DNA of 64,000 bases from Cenarchaeum sp. (lineage in GTDB: Archaea > Thermoproteota > Nitrososphaeria > Nitrososphaerales > Nitrosopumilaceae), in assembly GCA_963692915.1 (NCBI GenBank), contig OY843584.1, forward strand, positions 416,001-480,000. The letters run 5' to 3'. The notes beneath the pieces are model-generated. The model was not told where the DNA came from, searched no databases, and saw only the letters and a list, made by a program, of their open reading frames with translations. Positions within the stretch are counted from its first letter, which is position 1. Each line of letters opens with the position of its first letter. The translations under genes were made by a program, and so were the position numbers. Shown piece by piece: positions 38,088 through 48,198 of this stretch.

Positions 38088-39401
38088 TTGGCCGTCGAGT
38101 CCCACTTTATCCAGACGATCATAGGGGTAGGAATACTCCTCGTGGCGGCCAAGCTCATGGCCGAGCTCTTTATGAGGATCCGCCTGCCCATAGTCCTCGG
38201 CGAGCTCCTCGCTGGCATGATCATAGGCCCATTTGCGTTCGGCGCGTTTCTGGTGTATGATGGTGAGCCGCTCCTGCAGCTCGGCAGCGAGCTGCGTGTC
38301 CTCGGGGAGATCGGCGCCATAGTTATCCTCTTTATGGCCGGAATGGAGATGACGCCCCGCGAGTTTTTGCGTGGCGGCAAAAAGTCGTTCACCGTTGGCA
38401 CAATAGGGGTCGTTCTCCCGTTTTTTGCCGGACTGTGGGTGTTTCAGGCATTCGGCTTTGATGCGCTCCAGTCGATGATGATCGCCACGGCACTCACCGC
38501 AACGAGCATAGCCATCTCGCTTCAGGTTCTCACCGAGTTTGGAAAGATAAAGACGCCCGAGGCGCGCCTCATCATCGGCGCGGCAATCGTTGATGACATT
38601 CTGGCAATTGCCGTCCTCTCGGTGGTCACATCGCTTGGCGCAGATGGGGGAATAGATTCCATCGAGCTGACTGACGTCGCAATAACCATAATGCAGGTTC
38701 TTGGGTTCTTTGCGGCAATGCTCATCTCTGCAGTGTTCATAGTTCCCAAGCTGGTCGCCCCCCGTCTGTGGCACGCAAAGGGCAGTGTCGAGGGCATTGT
38801 GACGGCAATATTCTTTGGCGCCGCAGCGATAGCTGGATCTATTGGACTCTCTCCCATAGTTGGCGCGTTTGCAGTCGGCATGGCGCTATCGACGACCAAG
38901 GTTATAGACAAGGTCGAGCACTTTATCAGCAAGGTGGGACTGATATTTGCGCCGCTGTTCTTTGCCATAATTGGCGCACAGGTTAACTTTATGGAGGTTG
39001 ACGGGACCATCCTTATGCTGAGCGGGGTCATGATCGTCATTGCCATTGTCACAAAGCTCTTTGGATGCGGCCTGCCGTCATGGTACTTTCTCAAGGACAA
39101 GGCGCAGGGAATGCGTGTCGGCATTGCGATGATCTCGCGCGGCGAGGTGGGCCTCATCGTCGCCGGCGTCGGTGTCTCCTCCGGGGTCCTGACGGGGAGC
39201 GTCTACTCGACGATCGTGATAATGGTGGCAGTCACGACAATAATCACGCCAATCTGGCTAAAGCTCGACTATGCCAAGAGGGACGGCGCGAAGCGCAAGG
39301 ACCGGTCAGACAACCCGCACGAGGGAAGGGAGTTTGTCTTTGTGCCGCCCGAGGACACGCCTATCAATGGCGAAGACATAGCGGATGGCCATAAGCCTTA
39401 A
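38088..39401 (+). CDS. cation:proton antiporter (CPA2/NapA-like)
   Basis: GELLAGMIIGP, ATSIAI, AAIVDDI, MISRGEV motifs; many TM segments. Confidence 0.93.
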   Translation: MAVESHFIQTIIGVGILLVAAKLMAELFMRIRLPIVLGELLAGMIIGPFAFGAFLVYDGEPLLQLGSELRVLGEIGAIVILFMAGMEMTPREFLRGGKKSFTVGTIGVVLPFFAGLWVFQAFGFDALQSMMIATALTATSIAISLQVLTEFGKIKTPEARLIIGAAIVDDILAIAVLSVVTSLGADGGIDSIELTDVAITIMQVLGFFAAMLISAVFIVPKLVAPRLWHAKGSVEGIVTAIFFGAAAIAGSIGLSPIVGAFAVGMALSTTKVIDKVEHFISKVGLIFAPLFFAIIGAQVNFMEVDGTILMLSGVMIVIAIVTKLFGCGLPSWYFLKDKAQGMRVGIAMISRGEVGLIVAGVGVSSGVLTGSVYSTIVIMVAVTTIITPIWLKLDYAKRDGAKRKDRSDNPHEGREFVFVPPEDTPINGEDIADGHKP

Positions 39402-39432
39402 ATCATATCGCATGGGGGGCTGCCTCACTGCT

Positions 39433-40047
39433 TTGGCTGAAGACTATGTGACATCGTGCTCCGAGTGCGGCAAGGCCGTGACGCGCGAGACAATGAAGTA
39501 CGATGGCAAGCGCGCCCTCTGCCCCGAGTGCCAGCAGTCAGCATCGGCGGGAAGCTCGGGCACGGACATTGACAAGCAGCTCTCGCTTCTAAGGGTCGAG
39601 CTCATCAAGCTAAAGAACCTCCGCTCCCAGCTAGGCGGCACGTCCAAGAAGACGCCTGCAAAAAAGAGGGCGTCGCCTGCCAGGAAAAAGAGGCGACCGG
39701 CCAGGGCTGGCGCGCGCAAGACATCGGCGACAAGGCGACCAAAGCGCAAGACGACGCGCAAAAAGACCAGGGCGACGACGTCGCGGAGGAGGCCGTCCTC
39801 GCGCACGACTGCGAGGAAAAAGCCGACGACACGAAAGCGCACCGTCACTAGGAAAAGGCCGACTGTCCGCAAGAGAACGACGTCTAGCGGTGCGGCACGG
39901 CGGCGAGTCGCAAAAAGAGCCACTGGGCGGAGCACGACGCGAAAGAGGACGACTGTAAAGAGGGCACGTCCCGTGAGGCGACGTGTCGCAAAGACCACTG
40001 TGCGCAGGAGGGTGAGTCGGCGCGCAACTGCCAAAAGACGGCGCTAG
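39433..40047 (+). CDS. zinc-ribbon/coiled-coil protein with a long Arg/Lys/Thr-rich basic tail
   Basis: CSEC...CPEC, heptad helix, then ~130 aa of R/K/T/A-rich low complexity; start TTG 39433 or ATG 39385. Confidence 0.75.
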   Translation: MAEDYVTSCSECGKAVTRETMKYDGKRALCPECQQSASAGSSGTDIDKQLSLLRVELIKLKNLRSQLGGTSKKTPAKKRASPARKKRRPARAGARKTSATRRPKRKTTRKKTRATTSRRRPSSRTTARKKPTTRKRTVTRKRPTVRKRTTSSGAARRRVAKRATGRSTTRKRTTVKRARPVRRRVAKTTVRRRVSRRATAKRRR

Positions 40048-40101
40048 GGCAGCGTGTGGCACCCATACAGAATTTATGCAGGGTCGGATATCGTGCGCGC
40101 A

Positions 40102-41685
40102 ATGAAACAGGTGCATGGGAACCGGCTTGCCAGCGCATGCGCGGAGATACTTGGGGCACTAGGTGCCGCAGATCATGGTGCGAGCGCCGTGCGCTCGATA
40201 ATACGCGACGCGTGCGCCAGGCACTCGCTTGGGCGCATACCGTCAAACGAGGAGATACTCGCGCATGGCGGTGTCACCCAACGCGCGCGCGCGGCCCTCC
40301 TAAAGCGTCCCATAAAGACGGCCTCTGGAGTCGCAGTCATCGCCGTGATGCCGATGCCATACTCTTGTCCGCACGGCAGGTGCACGTACTGTCCCGGAGG
40401 GCCGGCAAGCGGAACGCCTAACAGCTATACGGGCAGCGAGCCCATAGCGGCCGGCGCGATGGCCTCCTCGTACGATCCCGGCACGCAGGTGCGCTCGGCC
40501 CTTGCGCGCCTTGGGGCTCGCGGCCATGACACCTCAAAGGTGGAGATTGTCATAGTGGGCGGGACGTTCCTCTTTATGCCGCCAGAATACCAGGAGTGGT
40601 TTGTCATGTCCTGCTATGGCGCGCTCAACGGGGGCGCCTCGGCGACGCTTGATGGGGCAAAGTCGCTCAACGAGCGCGCCTCCTCGCGCTGCGTGGGCCT
40701 GACGATCGAGACAAAGCCGGACTATTGCAGGCGTGCCCACGTGGACGCAATGCTCGAATTCGGCGCAACGCGCGTCGAGATAGGCATACAGTGCCTGCGC
40801 GAGCGCGTGTACAGGGCAGTCAACAGGGGACACACGTACGCCGATGTCGTAGAGTCACTGCGCGTGTCGCGTGATGCGGGCTACAAGGTCGTCGCCCACA
40901 TGATGTCCGGCCTGCCGACAATGTCTATTGAGGACGACATAGAGGACTTTGGGCGGCTCTGGGAGGATCCTGACCTGCGGCCAGACATGCTAAAGATCTA
41001 TCCGCTCCTCGTCCTGCCGGGCACACAGATGCACGACGAGTACGCCTCTGGCCTCTATGAGGCGCGAAGCGAGGAGCAGACAGTCGACCTTCTCGCAAGA
41101 ATAAAGGCCAACGTTCCGCCATGGGTGCGCATAATGCGCGTGCAGCGCGAGATACCCGGCAGCGAGATCATCGCCGGCGCGCGTGCCGGAAACCTGCGCC
41201 AGGCCGTCCATGAGAGAATGCGGCGTGATGGCACGAGCTGCGCGTGCATCAGGTGCCGCGAGGCCGGCCTTGCCGGAGTCTCCTCCATTCCCGACGGTGG
41301 CCTGTCATTGCGCCGAATCGACTACGCGTCCTCGCGCGGAAGTGAGGCGTTCCTGTCCATGGAGGATTCGGACTCGCGCACCTATGGCTATCTTCGCCTT
41401 CGCAGGCCCGGTCCGTCAGCGCATAGGCCCGAGGTCGGGGCCGGCTCGTGCATTGTGCGCGAGCTGCACGTGCTCGGCCAGCAGGTTCGCATAGGTGGAC
41501 ACGGCACGGGCATACAGCATTCTGGAATCGGCGCGCGCCTGTTGCGCGAGGCAGAAAGGATCGCACATGATGACTTTGCCGCCTCTACGCTCCTAGTCAT
41601 CAGCGCAGTCGGCACGCGCGGCTATTATGCGCGCCATGGGTACAGGAGGCTTGGCCCATACATGGCAAGGGGGATTGGGCGTTGA
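40102..41685 (+). CDS. elp3: Elp3 tRNA uridine(34) acetyltransferase (radical SAM plus GNAT)
   Basis: CPHGRCTYCPGG, ETKPD, LKIYP, RELHV, QHSGIG motifs. Confidence 0.95.
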   Translation: MKQVHGNRLASACAEILGALGAADHGASAVRSIIRDACARHSLGRIPSNEEILAHGGVTQRARAALLKRPIKTASGVAVIAVMPMPYSCPHGRCTYCPGGPASGTPNSYTGSEPIAAGAMASSYDPGTQVRSALARLGARGHDTSKVEIVIVGGTFLFMPPEYQEWFVMSCYGALNGGASATLDGAKSLNERASSRCVGLTIETKPDYCRRAHVDAMLEFGATRVEIGIQCLRERVYRAVNRGHTYADVVESLRVSRDAGYKVVAHMMSGLPTMSIEDDIEDFGRLWEDPDLRPDMLKIYPLLVLPGTQMHDEYASGLYEARSEEQTVDLLARIKANVPPWVRIMRVQREIPGSEIIAGARAGNLRQAVHERMRRDGTSCACIRCREAGLAGVSSIPDGGLSLRRIDYASSRGSEAFLSMEDSDSRTYGYLRLRRPGPSAHRPEVGAGSCIVRELHVLGQQVRIGGHGTGIQHSGIGARLLREAERIAHDDFAASTLLVISAVGTRGYYARHGYRRLGPYMARGIGR

Positions 41686-43256
41686 GCGGCACGATCGGAC
41701 GGGGGACGTGGATAGACAAGCTCGCCTCGGAGCTAGTCGAGCGCGAGGTGTCACTTGGGCGCGACACCGGACTCCTCAGGGTCGAGAGCGGGCTTGGCGC
41801 CTCGGGCGTGCCGCACATCGGCAGCCTCGGCGATGCCGTCAGGGCATACGGCGTGAGCCTTGCGCTTGGAAACCTGGGGTACCGCTCCGAGCTAGTCGCA
41901 TACTCGGATGACCTCGACGGGCTGCGAAAGGTGCCGGCCGGACTCGAAGGGGCATCCCTTGAGGGGCAGATTGGCCGTCCCGTCTCGGACATTGCCGACC
42001 CGCACGGGTGCCACGAGTCATATGGCTCGCACATGAGCAGCCTCCTGCTCGAGGCCCTCGACACGCTAGGCGTGCCACACACGCACATTAGCGCGCAAAA
42101 GGCCTACGCGGAGGGCCGCTTTGCGGCCCAGACCGTCGCAATACTCGAGGCCGCCGACCGGATCGGCGCGCACATTGCAGACGCGACAGGACAGGACAAG
42201 TTTCGCGGAACGCTGCCGTACTGGCCGGTGTGTGACTCGTGCGGTCGGCTCTACACGGCAGTCGCGCGTGAGCATCTTGGCGCCGGCAGGATCAGCTATG
42301 AGTGCGTTGACGCCGAGATTGGCCATGCGCTGGTGCGCGGGTGCGGCCATGCCGGCGAGACTGACGCGACACGCGGACGTGGCAAGCTCGCCTGGAAGGT
42401 CGAGTTTGCCGCACGATGGACAGCGCTTGACGTGAGGTTTGAGGCGTATGGCAAGGACATCATGGACTCTGTGATGGTCAATGACTGGGTCTCTGAGAAC
42501 GTGCTGTCGCGCGCGCCGCCACACCACGTGAAATACGAGATGTTCCTTGACCGCTCAGGCGGCAAGATATCAAAGTCTTCGGGCAACGTCTTTACGCCCC
42601 AGGCGTGGCTGCGCTATGGCACACCACAGTCTCTCCTCCTCCTGCTCTTCAAGAGGATAAAGGGGGCGCGTCGCGTGGGCGTGGAGGACATACCGCAACT
42701 TATGGACGAGCTTGCGGGCCTAGAGCGCACCTATTTTGGAATTGTCGCCGAACCCAACGCCGAGCGCCTCGAGCGCCTCAGGGGACTCTACGAGTACGCG
42801 CACCTCCTAGACCCGCCTGATGCGCCGCAGGAACGCGCGCCATACTCGCTCCTCGTCGAGCTTGCGCGCGTGTTTCGGGACGACAGGGCGAATCTTGTCG
42901 CCAAAAAGCTCGTCGAGTACGGCACGATCAAGGAACCCGGTGATGGGCTAGCAGGGGCAATAGAGCTTGCCGGCAGGTACGCAGATGACTTTGGGGGTCA
43001 CGGGGAGGCTGACATGAAGGTTGAGGATGATGCCATGCGCGCAGCGCTATCCGAGCTGGCCGACGCCCTTGACGCGCAGGCCGACGCGCAGGATGCCGTG
43101 CGTGAGGCCTCGCGGCGCCACGGCGTGCAGCCGCGCGAGATGTTTCGCACAATCTACCTTATCGTCATAGGGGCACCGTCTGGCCCGAGGCTTGGCAAGT
43201 TTGTCCGTGACATTGGCGCAGCAAAGGTGGCCTCCATGATAAGGGGGAGCCTCTGA
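41682..43256 (+). CDS. lysS: lysine--tRNA ligase, class I
   Basis: SGVPHIG, GKLAWKVEF, KISKS motifs. Confidence 0.95.
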   Translation: MSGTIGRGTWIDKLASELVEREVSLGRDTGLLRVESGLGASGVPHIGSLGDAVRAYGVSLALGNLGYRSELVAYSDDLDGLRKVPAGLEGASLEGQIGRPVSDIADPHGCHESYGSHMSSLLLEALDTLGVPHTHISAQKAYAEGRFAAQTVAILEAADRIGAHIADATGQDKFRGTLPYWPVCDSCGRLYTAVAREHLGAGRISYECVDAEIGHALVRGCGHAGETDATRGRGKLAWKVEFAARWTALDVRFEAYGKDIMDSVMVNDWVSENVLSRAPPHHVKYEMFLDRSGGKISKSSGNVFTPQAWLRYGTPQSLLLLLFKRIKGARRVGVEDIPQLMDELAGLERTYFGIVAEPNAERLERLRGLYEYAHLLDPPDAPQERAPYSLLVELARVFRDDRANLVAKKLVEYGTIKEPGDGLAGAIELAGRYADDFGGHGEADMKVEDDAMRAALSELADALDAQADAQDAVREASRRHGVQPREMFRTIYLIVIGAPSGPRLGKFVRDIGAAKVASMIRGSL

Positions 43257-43259
43257 GCC

Positions 43260-43460
43260 ATGGCATACCACGCGGGGCAGGGCGCGGGCCGGCGCAGCGG
43301 CGGCTTTTTCCTGATCATCCTCGGGGCGCTCACGTTTGTGACTGCGCCGATCTACCTCGCTGACTCGCCAAACCTCGGAATCGCCGCCATCATCGCCGGA
43401 TTTGCCGCCGGAGGCGCGGGGTTTTACCTAAGCTTTGTGCGTGGGAGGCGCAGGGCATGA
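43260..43460 (+). CDS. small two-TM membrane protein
   Basis: Two hydrophobic helices; tightly packed between neighbours. Confidence 0.7.
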   Translation: MAYHAGQGAGRRSGGFFLIILGALTFVTAPIYLADSPNLGIAAIIAGFAAGGAGFYLSFVRGRRRA

Positions 43461-44338
43461 AAGCAACAAATTCGGGCAATCGCGCAGCCGGCGTCATGCG
43501 CTGGTTCCGACGCGGGGGCGATGATGACGGCAGTGGCGTGGAAGGCGACGACTCGCATGCCGACAAGCACGACGAGGGTCACGATGCCCAGGGGATACAG
43601 GAGACAGAGACTGCCCCTCCTGCTGATGCCGGCACGGACGCCTTGAGCGAGGATGAGCACCCAAAGGATGCCGACACTGCCATTGACGCGCGCACGGTCA
43701 CGGCGTCGCGCTCAATTGATGCGCTAAACGCCAAGCTCGAGAGCGTGAAAAAAGAGTATGACGGAGCAGTTGGGAGCCTTCTTGCGGCAAAGGGGGAGCT
43801 TGCGGCCAAGAGACGCGAGTCGACAGTTGCAAATGCCGCGTGCGAAAAGCTCAAAAAAAGGGCTGACGAGCTTGACGCGCAGATCAGGGAATCAGAGCTC
43901 CAGTATGCCGAGGTTCGCTCAAACCTGCGAAGTCGCGAGGACGCAAGCAGCGAGCTTGCAAGGGTTAACACGGAGCTTGACTCTAGGCAGCGTGCGCTAG
44001 AAGAGCTCAACTCAAAGATCGCCGAGGCCGCATCAGAGCTTGACGGAATTGCGCAAAGGCGCAAGGCTGCCGAGGCAGAGCTCAAAAAGTTTGGCGAGCT
44101 GCTCCAAAAGACACGATCAATGATCAAAGAGTCCAACAAGGCCTCGCAGGCAAAACCTGGAGGTGGAGCCGATGTCATGCGCGCTGCAAGCTCAATGGTC
44201 GCATCGCTCAACGACAGGATTGATGCGGCGGACAAGGAGATTGCAACACTTCGCGCCTTGCTCGAAAAGGAGAGACGCGAGCACACAAAGTCCAAAAAGC
44301 GCCTTGAAGAGCTGGCGCATGATGACGATGCCGACTAG
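43457..44338 (+). CDS. coiled-coil hypothetical protein
   Basis: Acidic disordered N-terminus followed by a long heptad E/K/A/L-rich region. Confidence 0.75.
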   Translation: MKATNSGNRAAGVMRWFRRGGDDDGSGVEGDDSHADKHDEGHDAQGIQETETAPPADAGTDALSEDEHPKDADTAIDARTVTASRSIDALNAKLESVKKEYDGAVGSLLAAKGELAAKRRESTVANAACEKLKKRADELDAQIRESELQYAEVRSNLRSREDASSELARVNTELDSRQRALEELNSKIAEAASELDGIAQRRKAAEAELKKFGELLQKTRSMIKESNKASQAKPGGGADVMRAASSMVASLNDRIDAADKEIATLRALLEKERREHTKSKKRLEELAHDDDAD

Positions 44339-44781
44339 TGCATGCCATAACGCCGCGTCCATGCCTCGCGTATCTCCTCCTCGCGCATTCCGGTGTCATA
44401 CAGCGGCGATGTCACCTCCGAGATCGACTCTACGTCAACTATTGCGACTGCCTTGATGTGACTACGAACTCCCATCTCAGAGTAGGCGCGCATCGCATCC
44501 TCAAACTCGGGGCCAGAGGCGCAAGCGCGGGCCTTTCCGACAAAGAGGTACCCGCGACGTGAGAGCGGGTCTATTGCGCTAATCTCGACTGCGGGGTTTT
44601 TGGCAATGTTTGCCATGGTGTCTGGCGAGCGAATGTCCGCAAAGGCTAGGTGTGAAGAGCCAAGCGGGACTATGGTTCCCTTTGGCGAGACATTTGGCCT
44701 GCCGGCAGGGGAGACTGTGGCCACAAACCCGAGGCGCACGCGCTTGAGAAATGCGGCAATCTCGGGGGTTATCTCGGGCAA
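44335..44781 (-). CDS. pyridoxamine 5'-phosphate oxidase family FMN-binding protein
   Basis: FVATVSPAGRPNVSPKG, SPDTMANI..NP motifs; TTG start about 25 nt after a TATA box. Confidence 0.85.
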   Translation of the reverse strand: MPEITPEIAAFLKRVRLGFVATVSPAGRPNVSPKGTIVPLGSSHLAFADIRSPDTMANIAKNPAVEISAIDPLSRRGYLFVGKARACASGPEFEDAMRAYSEMGVRSHIKAVAIVDVESISEVTSPLYDTGMREEEIREAWTRRYGMH

Positions 44782-44972
44782 TGAGCCTCGCTCAGGGCAT
44801 GCCTGATTTAACGCAACCGCGCCCAGGGTGCGTGTGCGTGCAAGGGCATGCCGGCGCGATGCCACACGCCGCATGGCAGGCAGCGGATCCACGTGCTACG
44901 CCCCATGACCTTTTAAGGCGATGCGCACTCATACCAACGCTTTAAACCATGCCGACTTGCCACATGCGCGAA

Positions 44973-46661
44973 ATGGCAGAGATGATGGGAGCCACGGCAC
45001 TCATGCACGCCCTCGACGGAGAGGGCGTAAAGCAGGTCTTTGGGCTTCCCGGTGGGGCCAACCTGCCAATGTATGACGAGCTCTCAAAGTCTGACATACG
45101 CCACATACTAGTGCGCCATGAGCAATCCGCTGCGCACATGGCCGACGGCTTTGGTCGCGTCAGCCGCAAGCCTGGCGTCTGCTTTGCGACATCCGGACCC
45201 GGCGCAACAAACCTCCTAACCGGAATCGCGACGGCGTACGCCGACTCGGCTCCAATGGTGGCAATCACGGGCCAGGTTCCGGTAAAGATGATTGGGCGTG
45301 ACGCATTTCAGGAGAGTGACATTATAGGAATGGCAAACCCTGTCGTAAAGTACGCGTTCCAGCCTCGCGCACCAGACGAAATTCCAGAATCGACCAAAAA
45401 GGCGTTCTTTATCGCCGAGACGGGCAGGCCTGGACCGGTTCTCGTTGACATTCCCAAGGACGTGCAGACTGATACTGCCGAGATGACGTTTCCAGACGAG
45501 TTTCGCATACGCGGATACCATCCATGGACGGATCCTGACATACCTAGCATCGAGCGCGCCATAGACCTCCTCCTATCATCAGAAAAGCCCGTGATACTTG
45601 CCGGCGGCGGGACAATAATATCCTCGGCATTCGCCGAACTGCAGGCGATAGCCGAGATGCTCCTGATACCCGTTGCGACAACGTTCAAGGGCAAGGGCGC
45701 CTTTCCCGAAAACCATGCGCTATCCCTCGGGCCAATCGGCATGCACGGGCATGCAGAGGCCAACAAGATAATGACCGAGGCTGACTGCGTACTTGCTATA
45801 GGGACACGCTTTTCGGACAGGTCTGTCGGGACGTTTGAGGAGTTTGAAAAGAACCTAAAGATCATACACATGGACGTGGATCCGGCCGAGATTGGCAAGA
45901 ACCAGAAGACAAGCGTCGCCGTCGTCGGTGACGTGCGCTCGTCGTTGCGCATCATGGTAAAGATGCTCCAAAAACGGTCTCCCTCGGCGCGTGAGGAGGG
46001 CGCCTGGGTTCGTCACGCAAAGGAGACGCGCGACTATTGGCAGGAAAACCTAAAGATTCCAAGCGGCGAGATGGTGGCATCGCGCATACTAAAGCGTCTG
46101 CGCGACGTTCTGCCAGCCGAGTCAATAGTGACCACGGAGGTCGGGCAGCACCAGATGTGGGCCTCGCTCTTTTACAATGTCATTGAGCCTGGCACGTTCT
46201 TTAGCTCTACAGGGCTTGGAACCATGGGGTGGGGCTTTCCTGCGGCCATTGGGGCCAAGGTCGCGCGCCCTGATGTGCCCGTAATTGACATTGCCGGCGA
46301 TGGCAGCTTTAACATGACAGAGAACTCGCTGGCAACGTCGGTGACTGAGGACATCCCGGTAATCGTGTTCCTCATCAACAACTATTTGCTCGGCATGGTC
46401 GCGCAATGGCAGCGCACGTTCTATGAGCGCAGGATGATAGGAGTTGACCAAAAGGAGTGTCCTGACTATGTAAAGCTCGCCCAGGCGTATGGCGCCGAGG
46501 GCATCAAGGCTGAATCGCTCGACGAGATTGGTTCGGCCGTACGCACCGCGCTGTCGAACAACGTGGCAACGGTGATTGACATACCAATAAATCCGGAGGA
46601 GGACGTGCTTCCGTTTGTGGCGCCAGGAACGCCGCTGCGGGACATGATCCTGCCGTCGTGA
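44973..46661 (+). CDS. ilvB: acetolactate synthase large subunit
   Basis: FGLPGG, RHEQ, TSGPGATN, GDGSF..N TPP motif; ORF open from 44949. Confidence 0.96.
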   Translation: MAEMMGATALMHALDGEGVKQVFGLPGGANLPMYDELSKSDIRHILVRHEQSAAHMADGFGRVSRKPGVCFATSGPGATNLLTGIATAYADSAPMVAITGQVPVKMIGRDAFQESDIIGMANPVVKYAFQPRAPDEIPESTKKAFFIAETGRPGPVLVDIPKDVQTDTAEMTFPDEFRIRGYHPWTDPDIPSIERAIDLLLSSEKPVILAGGGTIISSAFAELQAIAEMLLIPVATTFKGKGAFPENHALSLGPIGMHGHAEANKIMTEADCVLAIGTRFSDRSVGTFEEFEKNLKIIHMDVDPAEIGKNQKTSVAVVGDVRSSLRIMVKMLQKRSPSAREEGAWVRHAKETRDYWQENLKIPSGEMVASRILKRLRDVLPAESIVTTEVGQHQMWASLFYNVIEPGTFFSSTGLGTMGWGFPAAIGAKVARPDVPVIDIAGDGSFNMTENSLATSVTEDIPVIVFLINNYLLGMVAQWQRTFYERRMIGVDQKECPDYVKLAQAYGAEGIKAESLDEIGSAVRTALSNNVATVIDIPINPEEDVLPFVAPGTPLRDMILPS

Positions 46662-46667
46662 GGTGAT

Positions 46668-47156
46668 TTGGCGTTGACAATACTATCGATAAAGGTGGAG
46701 AACAGGCCTGGGATACTCTGGAAGGTGACACACCTGTTCAGATCGCGCAACTTTAACATTGAGAGCATATCTGTGGGACCGACAGAGGATCCAGAGTTTT
46801 CAAGAATGACGATATCCGTGAGCAACCAGGATTCCCGCCAGGTGGCCCAGATGATAAAGCAGCTCAACAAGCTCATCGACACCGTAGAGGTGTCCTCACT
46901 TGACGAGCACAAGACCGTGTTTCGCGAGCTTGCGATATTCAAGATACGGCTTGGGGGCGCAAAGGACAGCATGGAGATAAACAAGCTTGCACTCGCGTAC
47001 GGCGGCAAGGTGCATGATGTCAGGCGTGACTCGATAATGGTCGAGCTTACTGCACCGCCTGACCAGGTGTCTGCCTTTGAGGATCTTGTCAGACCGTTTG
47101 GGATAATAGAGGTCGCGCGCACCGGAATGGCAGCCCTCCAGAGGGCCGGTGCGTGA
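46668..47156 (+). CDS. ilvH: acetolactate synthase small (regulatory) subunit
   Basis: ACT domain ENRPGIL...NIESISVG, KQLNKLID, EVARTG. Confidence 0.95.
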   Translation: MALTILSIKVENRPGILWKVTHLFRSRNFNIESISVGPTEDPEFSRMTISVSNQDSRQVAQMIKQLNKLIDTVEVSSLDEHKTVFRELAIFKIRLGGAKDSMEINKLALAYGGKVHDVRRDSIMVELTAPPDQVSAFEDLVRPFGIIEVARTGMAALQRAGA

Positions 47157-47178
47157 GTGCCGGCAGGCCGACGTCTCC

Positions 47179-48198
47179 ATGCACCGCATATCGCTTGTCA
47201 CGGGTGACGGAATTGGCCCCGAGCTTGCCGATGCCACGGAGCTTGTCCTCGATAAGGCTCGCAGCGCGCTCCACGTGGACATTGGAATAGAGCGCGTGCA
47301 GGCCGGCGATGCTGCCCTCGCCTCATGCGGCAATGCCATGCCAGAGGCAACGCTTGAGGCGATCCGCTCCTCTGATGCGTGCCTCAAGGCCCCTGTCGGC
47401 GAGAGCGCAAGGGACGTGATCGTGTTCCTTCGAAGCGAGCTTGATCTCTATGCAAACATAAGACCGGCACGCTCGTATCCGGGAATGCCGGCACTTCGTG
47501 AGGACATTGATCTTGTCATCGTGCGCGAAAACACCGAGGACGTGTACACCGGCGGAGAAGTTGACCTTGGAGGCGGCGCCGGCGTTGCGCTCAGAACGGT
47601 GTCTGATGGCGCGTCTGAGAGGATAGCGCGTTGCGCGTTTGAGGAGGCCAGGGCACGCGCAAAAAAGCGCCGCGTCACGTGCGTTCACAAGGCCAACGTG
47701 ATGCGCATCACCGACGGGATATTCTCCCGCGCGTGCGCGCGCGTGGCCTCCGAGTATGAGGACATTGAGTTTGACGAGATGTACGTTGATGCGTGCGCCA
47801 TGAACCTCATTCGCGAGCCGCAAAAGTTTGACGTTATTGTCACGACGAACATGTTCGGGGACATACTCTCTGACGAGTCAGCACAAGCAGTCGGCGGCCT
47901 TGGAATGGCGCCGGCTGCAAACATTGGAGAGTCCGCTGCCATCTTTGAGCCTGTCCACGGGGCTGCCTTTGACATTGCCGGCACTCAGTCAGCCAACCCG
48001 TCATCGTTCATCCTCTCGGCATGCATGATGCTAGAATGGCTGGGTCGGACCAGGGACGATCCGCACTGCACCAGGGCCGCCTCTGGCCTCTCTGATGCGG
48101 TATACGGCACGGTTGCATCTGGAGCCAAGACGCGCGATATAGGCGGCACGCTCTCCACGCTAGAGTTTGCCCAAGAGGTCGCCTCGCGCCTGTCCTAG
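47179..48198 (+). CDS. leuB: 3-isopropylmalate dehydrogenase (isocitrate/isopropylmalate dehydrogenase family)
   Basis: [38 protein letters not shown] motifs; ilv context. Confidence 0.85.
   Translation: MHRISLVTGDGIGPELADATELVLDKARSALHVDIGIERVQAGDAALASCGNAMPEATLEAIRSSDACLKAPVGESARDVIVFLRSELDLYANIRPARSYPGMPALREDIDLVIVRENTEDVYTGGEVDLGGGAGVALRTVSDGASERIARCAFEEARARAKKRRVTCVHKANVMRITDGIFSRACARVASEYEDIEFDEMYVDACAMNLIREPQKFDVIVTTNMFGDILSDESAQAVGGLGMAPAANIGESAAIFEPVHGAAFDIAGTQSANPSSFILSACMMLEWLGRTRDDPHCTRAASGLSDAVYGTVASGAKTRDIGGTLSTLEFAQEVASRLS

Noticed and set aside
37992-38774. Long N-terminal extensions in the ORF track (CDP-alcohol transferase; also PAC2, map, aspS, CaCA)
   Set aside because: They are antisense overlaps of neighbouring real genes; family motifs begin at downstream starts preceded by TATA boxes.
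39444-40034. Hydrophobic antisense ORF suggesting a membrane protein
   Set aside because: Mirror of the Lys/Arg/Thr codons on the plus strand.
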